DNA of 63,770 nt, the filler included, from Octopus bimaculoides (Eukaryota): assembly GCF_001194135.2 (NCBI RefSeq). It is 7 parts of 7 records of this genome, joined end to end, with 100 filler letters (N's around TTAATTAATTAA, not from the genome) between each part and the next. Parts side by side here need not be neighbours in the genome. Positions count along the whole stretch, not along the records: positions 51,246 to 62,490 come from NC_068982.1; positions 62,591 to 63,770 come from NC_068995.1; 5 more parts are not named here. One strand, given 5' to 3'. A program made the translations under genes and the position numbers. The notes beneath the pieces were generated by a model. The model was not told the origin of the DNA, searched no databases, and saw nothing but the letters and a program-made list of their open reading frames with translations. Of this stretch, positions 61,405 through 63,770 are shown piece after piece (the first letter of the stretch is position 1; every line of letters begins with the position of its first letter).

Positions 61405-61960
61405 CATAATTGTAAAGGATCTTAAAGTAGGAGATCCAGTAATGTTATTGAGGAATTTAGATCCACTAATACTCTGCAGTGGGACATGCCTGGTGGTAGA
61501 GAAGATGATGTTATTGAGGCCACCATTCTCTCTGGAGACAATGTTTTCATATTCAGGATTCCTCTCATTCCATTGGGAGTTGACATTCCTTTCTCATTCT
61601 GAAGAGTGCAATTTCCTATTTTTATCAGCTTTGTAATGTCTATCAATAAATCCCAGGGTCAAACACTGTCTCTGGTAGGACTTCACTTGGAAGAGACGTG
61701 CTTCTCACATAGGCAATTAATTGTTGGCTGCTCTAGAGTGGGAAGCAGAAAAAATCTATTTGCATTTATTCCACAAAGGAAAACAAAGAATATAGTTTAC
61801 CTAGAGGTTTTGTAGGAATTACTACATCCTATGATGCGCTCCAGTATCCTCTGCTCTTTGCGAATAGTGAAGATGGATACCATTTTGGCATAATACCAAA
61901 AAACACAAAGACTGCACCAACAAAGCAGTTTCCTGCTTGGACTTCAGTATCAAAGCATAT
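61405..61960 (+). mobile_element. Helitron fragments: Pif1-type helicase C-terminus followed by an out-of-order N-terminal piece
   Basis: LKVGDPVMLLRNLDP...LCSGT; FVMSINKSQGQTLSLVGLHLEETCFSHRQLIVGCSRVG...TKNIVYLEVL*; then YDALQYPLLFANSEDGYH. Confidence 0.85.
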
Positions 61961-62078
61961 TCTCTAATTACTCCCACCAGCCACAGAGTAAGCCATTACC
62001 CCTTATTTTTTCAAGTAATTCATTACTACATATTTTCATGTAACTGCATTGGCTCAGTTTATGTTTCTTATTCTACAG

Positions 62079-62171
62079 CCACAGCAGCAATCCAATGTCA
62101 ACCCTTCACCTTCTGCAACATTTCAACAGTTCACTTCCTCATTGCTGTCTCCCATTGCAGCTCCTTTCTAG
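62079..62171 (+). CDS. Candidate terminal coding exon on the plus strand (PQQQSNVNPSPSATFQQFTSSLLSPIAAPF*)
   Basis: Strong acceptor tttatgtttcttattctacAG and protein-like composition. No upstream partner exon was established, and the phase is assumed. Confidence 0.25.
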   Translation, partial: PQQQSNVNPSPSATFQQFTSSLLSPIAAPF

Positions 62172-62819
62172 AATGTACCCATTTACGTACAATACCTCCA
62201 TTACACCTGCATTCATTTGACTGTTAATAACACAACGGGTTGTGTTAAACACAGTGCCAATTGCTGCAGAGAAGAGTATATCTACTGACAACTTTTCAGT
62301 GTGTTCAAAACTCCCCCTCCCCCAATTTTCCATGACAGGTTAGGGCCTGGAATCTTCCAAATGGACACGTGACATGTTGCTTGGTCATATTAGCCCATCA
62401 TTTACTCTGCAAACATTTTGTTGTCAATGCTGCACTTTCCTGTATCACATGTTTTAACATAACTGTAATATATATATATATATATATATANNNNNNNNNN
62501 NNNNNNNNNNNNNNNNNNNNNNNNNNNNNNNNNNTTAATTAATTAANNNNNNNNNNNNNNNNNNNNNNNNNNNNNNNNNNNNNNNNNNNNATATATATAT
62601 ATATATATATATACGTATCCACATATTTTTGCATACATATATATGTATCAATATATTTTTGTGTACATATGTGTGTACACATGTGTGCATGTGTGTATAT
62701 ATATATTGTCCTTTATAACAATGATATATATATATATATATGCTTTATACATATCTATGTGTGTGTATGTATGAATTTATATATACATATGCATGTGTGT
62801 GTGTGTGTATGTGTCAATG

Positions 62820-63210
62820 AGACTGGGGACTACACACTGATCCGAGGTATCGTCTGGTCGATTGACCATATTTGTAAACGTGTTCAAAAAGTAAAACGAT
62901 AACTTTCAGAATTGAAACGGGTACGGGTAGTCGGGTGTCGACTGTCTTGCATCGGCGGGCTGGAGGCTCTTTTTCTTTCTTTTTATGAAATCGTGACTAA
63001 TATACAGCAGTAGATTATGTGGAAATTCTTCGTGAAGCAGGGTAAACATGACTTTAATTCGTTGTAAGATTGCCCATGAGATATCTGTAGGTCACCTATA
63101 TTTCTTGATTTCCGAATGTACTTTGAATGTTTTGCGGTGTTTCTCGGTTGCGATGATGACTCGAGTTTATAACATCGACCCAAGGAGTGCTGCGTAAGAA
63201 CTCTATGTAA
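62820..63210. promoter_or_regulatory. CpG-rich block, probable promoter or first-exon region
   Basis: 12 CG dinucleotides in 62821-63000 versus 1 in 41641-42120. It lies upstream of the minus-strand exons. Confidence 0.4.
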
Positions 63211-63770
63211 CTTGTTGATATAAAGCTGATGGAGACAGTAATAAAGAATATAATTATTTTTTCTCCAGACAGTTCTCCATCAGGATTAAAATAATTTGTT
63301 TTGACTATTGCATTCTAGTTCTCTTCTCTCTGCGTTTCACTGCAGTATTATGGCATTGTGGTACTTAGACATTATATAATGTTGCAGAACACTTTCTCCC
63401 TCTCTACATCATCATTATCATCATTTAATTTCTGCTTTTCTTTGTTAGCAGGGTTTCGACGATTGCAAACTGTGTTTTGCTTGTGCTTTACATTTTGTTA
63501 AGGGTTCTACAGCGAGAACCCCCCCCCCCCACTAACGCCAACAACTCCACAAAGTGTACCGGGTGCAGTTTATTGTGGCACCGACATTAAAGAGGAGTCT
63601 TGTTTCCAGCGAAACTAAAGAACTAAAGAGTCATCTCTACATTATGTTGTGTCTGTTCGTTTGTCTATCGGTATCAGAGTTGTTGCCTTTCACAGAACCA
63701 CAACTTCCGCCATCGTACACCAACAAGAAAATTTTTTTTAAATCAACAAAAAAAAACTATCTTCAAAATG

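Overview
This is AT-rich, repeat-dense animal genomic DNA with many assembly gaps. The SINE/LINE repertoire and the large (AAT)n, (CA)n and (ATCT)n arrays fit an octopus (coleoid cephalopod) genome; that assignment is my inference from pattern recognition, not a database result. Most ORFs in the track are microsatellite, gap or transposon artefacts. Host gene: three phase-compatible minus-strand exons (47415-47590, 44677-44806, 41671/41686-41754) encode part of an unnamed protein with a C2-like beta-domain pattern, inside a CpG-depleted domain (~41-62.6 kb) that is bounded by a CpG-rich, promoter-like block near 62.8-63.2 kb. Mobile DNA: several R4/Dong-clade RLE retrotransposon pieces abutting (TAA)n arrays in a fixed orientation, a Penelope-like element, CR1 and RTE LINE fragments, a ~2.4 kb Chapaev3-type transposon, mariners, piggyBac-like MITEs, Helitron fragments and several SINE families. 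The most interesting signals are a nearly intact type I hammerhead ribozyme (24536-24583) in a retrozyme-like ~204-nt unit, a Penelope terminal repeat combining a tRNA-Ser-like Pol III cassette, (AAT)n and a hammerhead-like motif, a densely base-paired pseudoknot-like island (9664-9763), a 352-bp perfect inverted repeat in a putative intron, and locally templated insertions. I found no CRISPR array, rRNA, intact tRNA gene or clearly new multi-gene system. Element boundaries are by eye and approximate unless TIR/TSD or splice sites are quoted.
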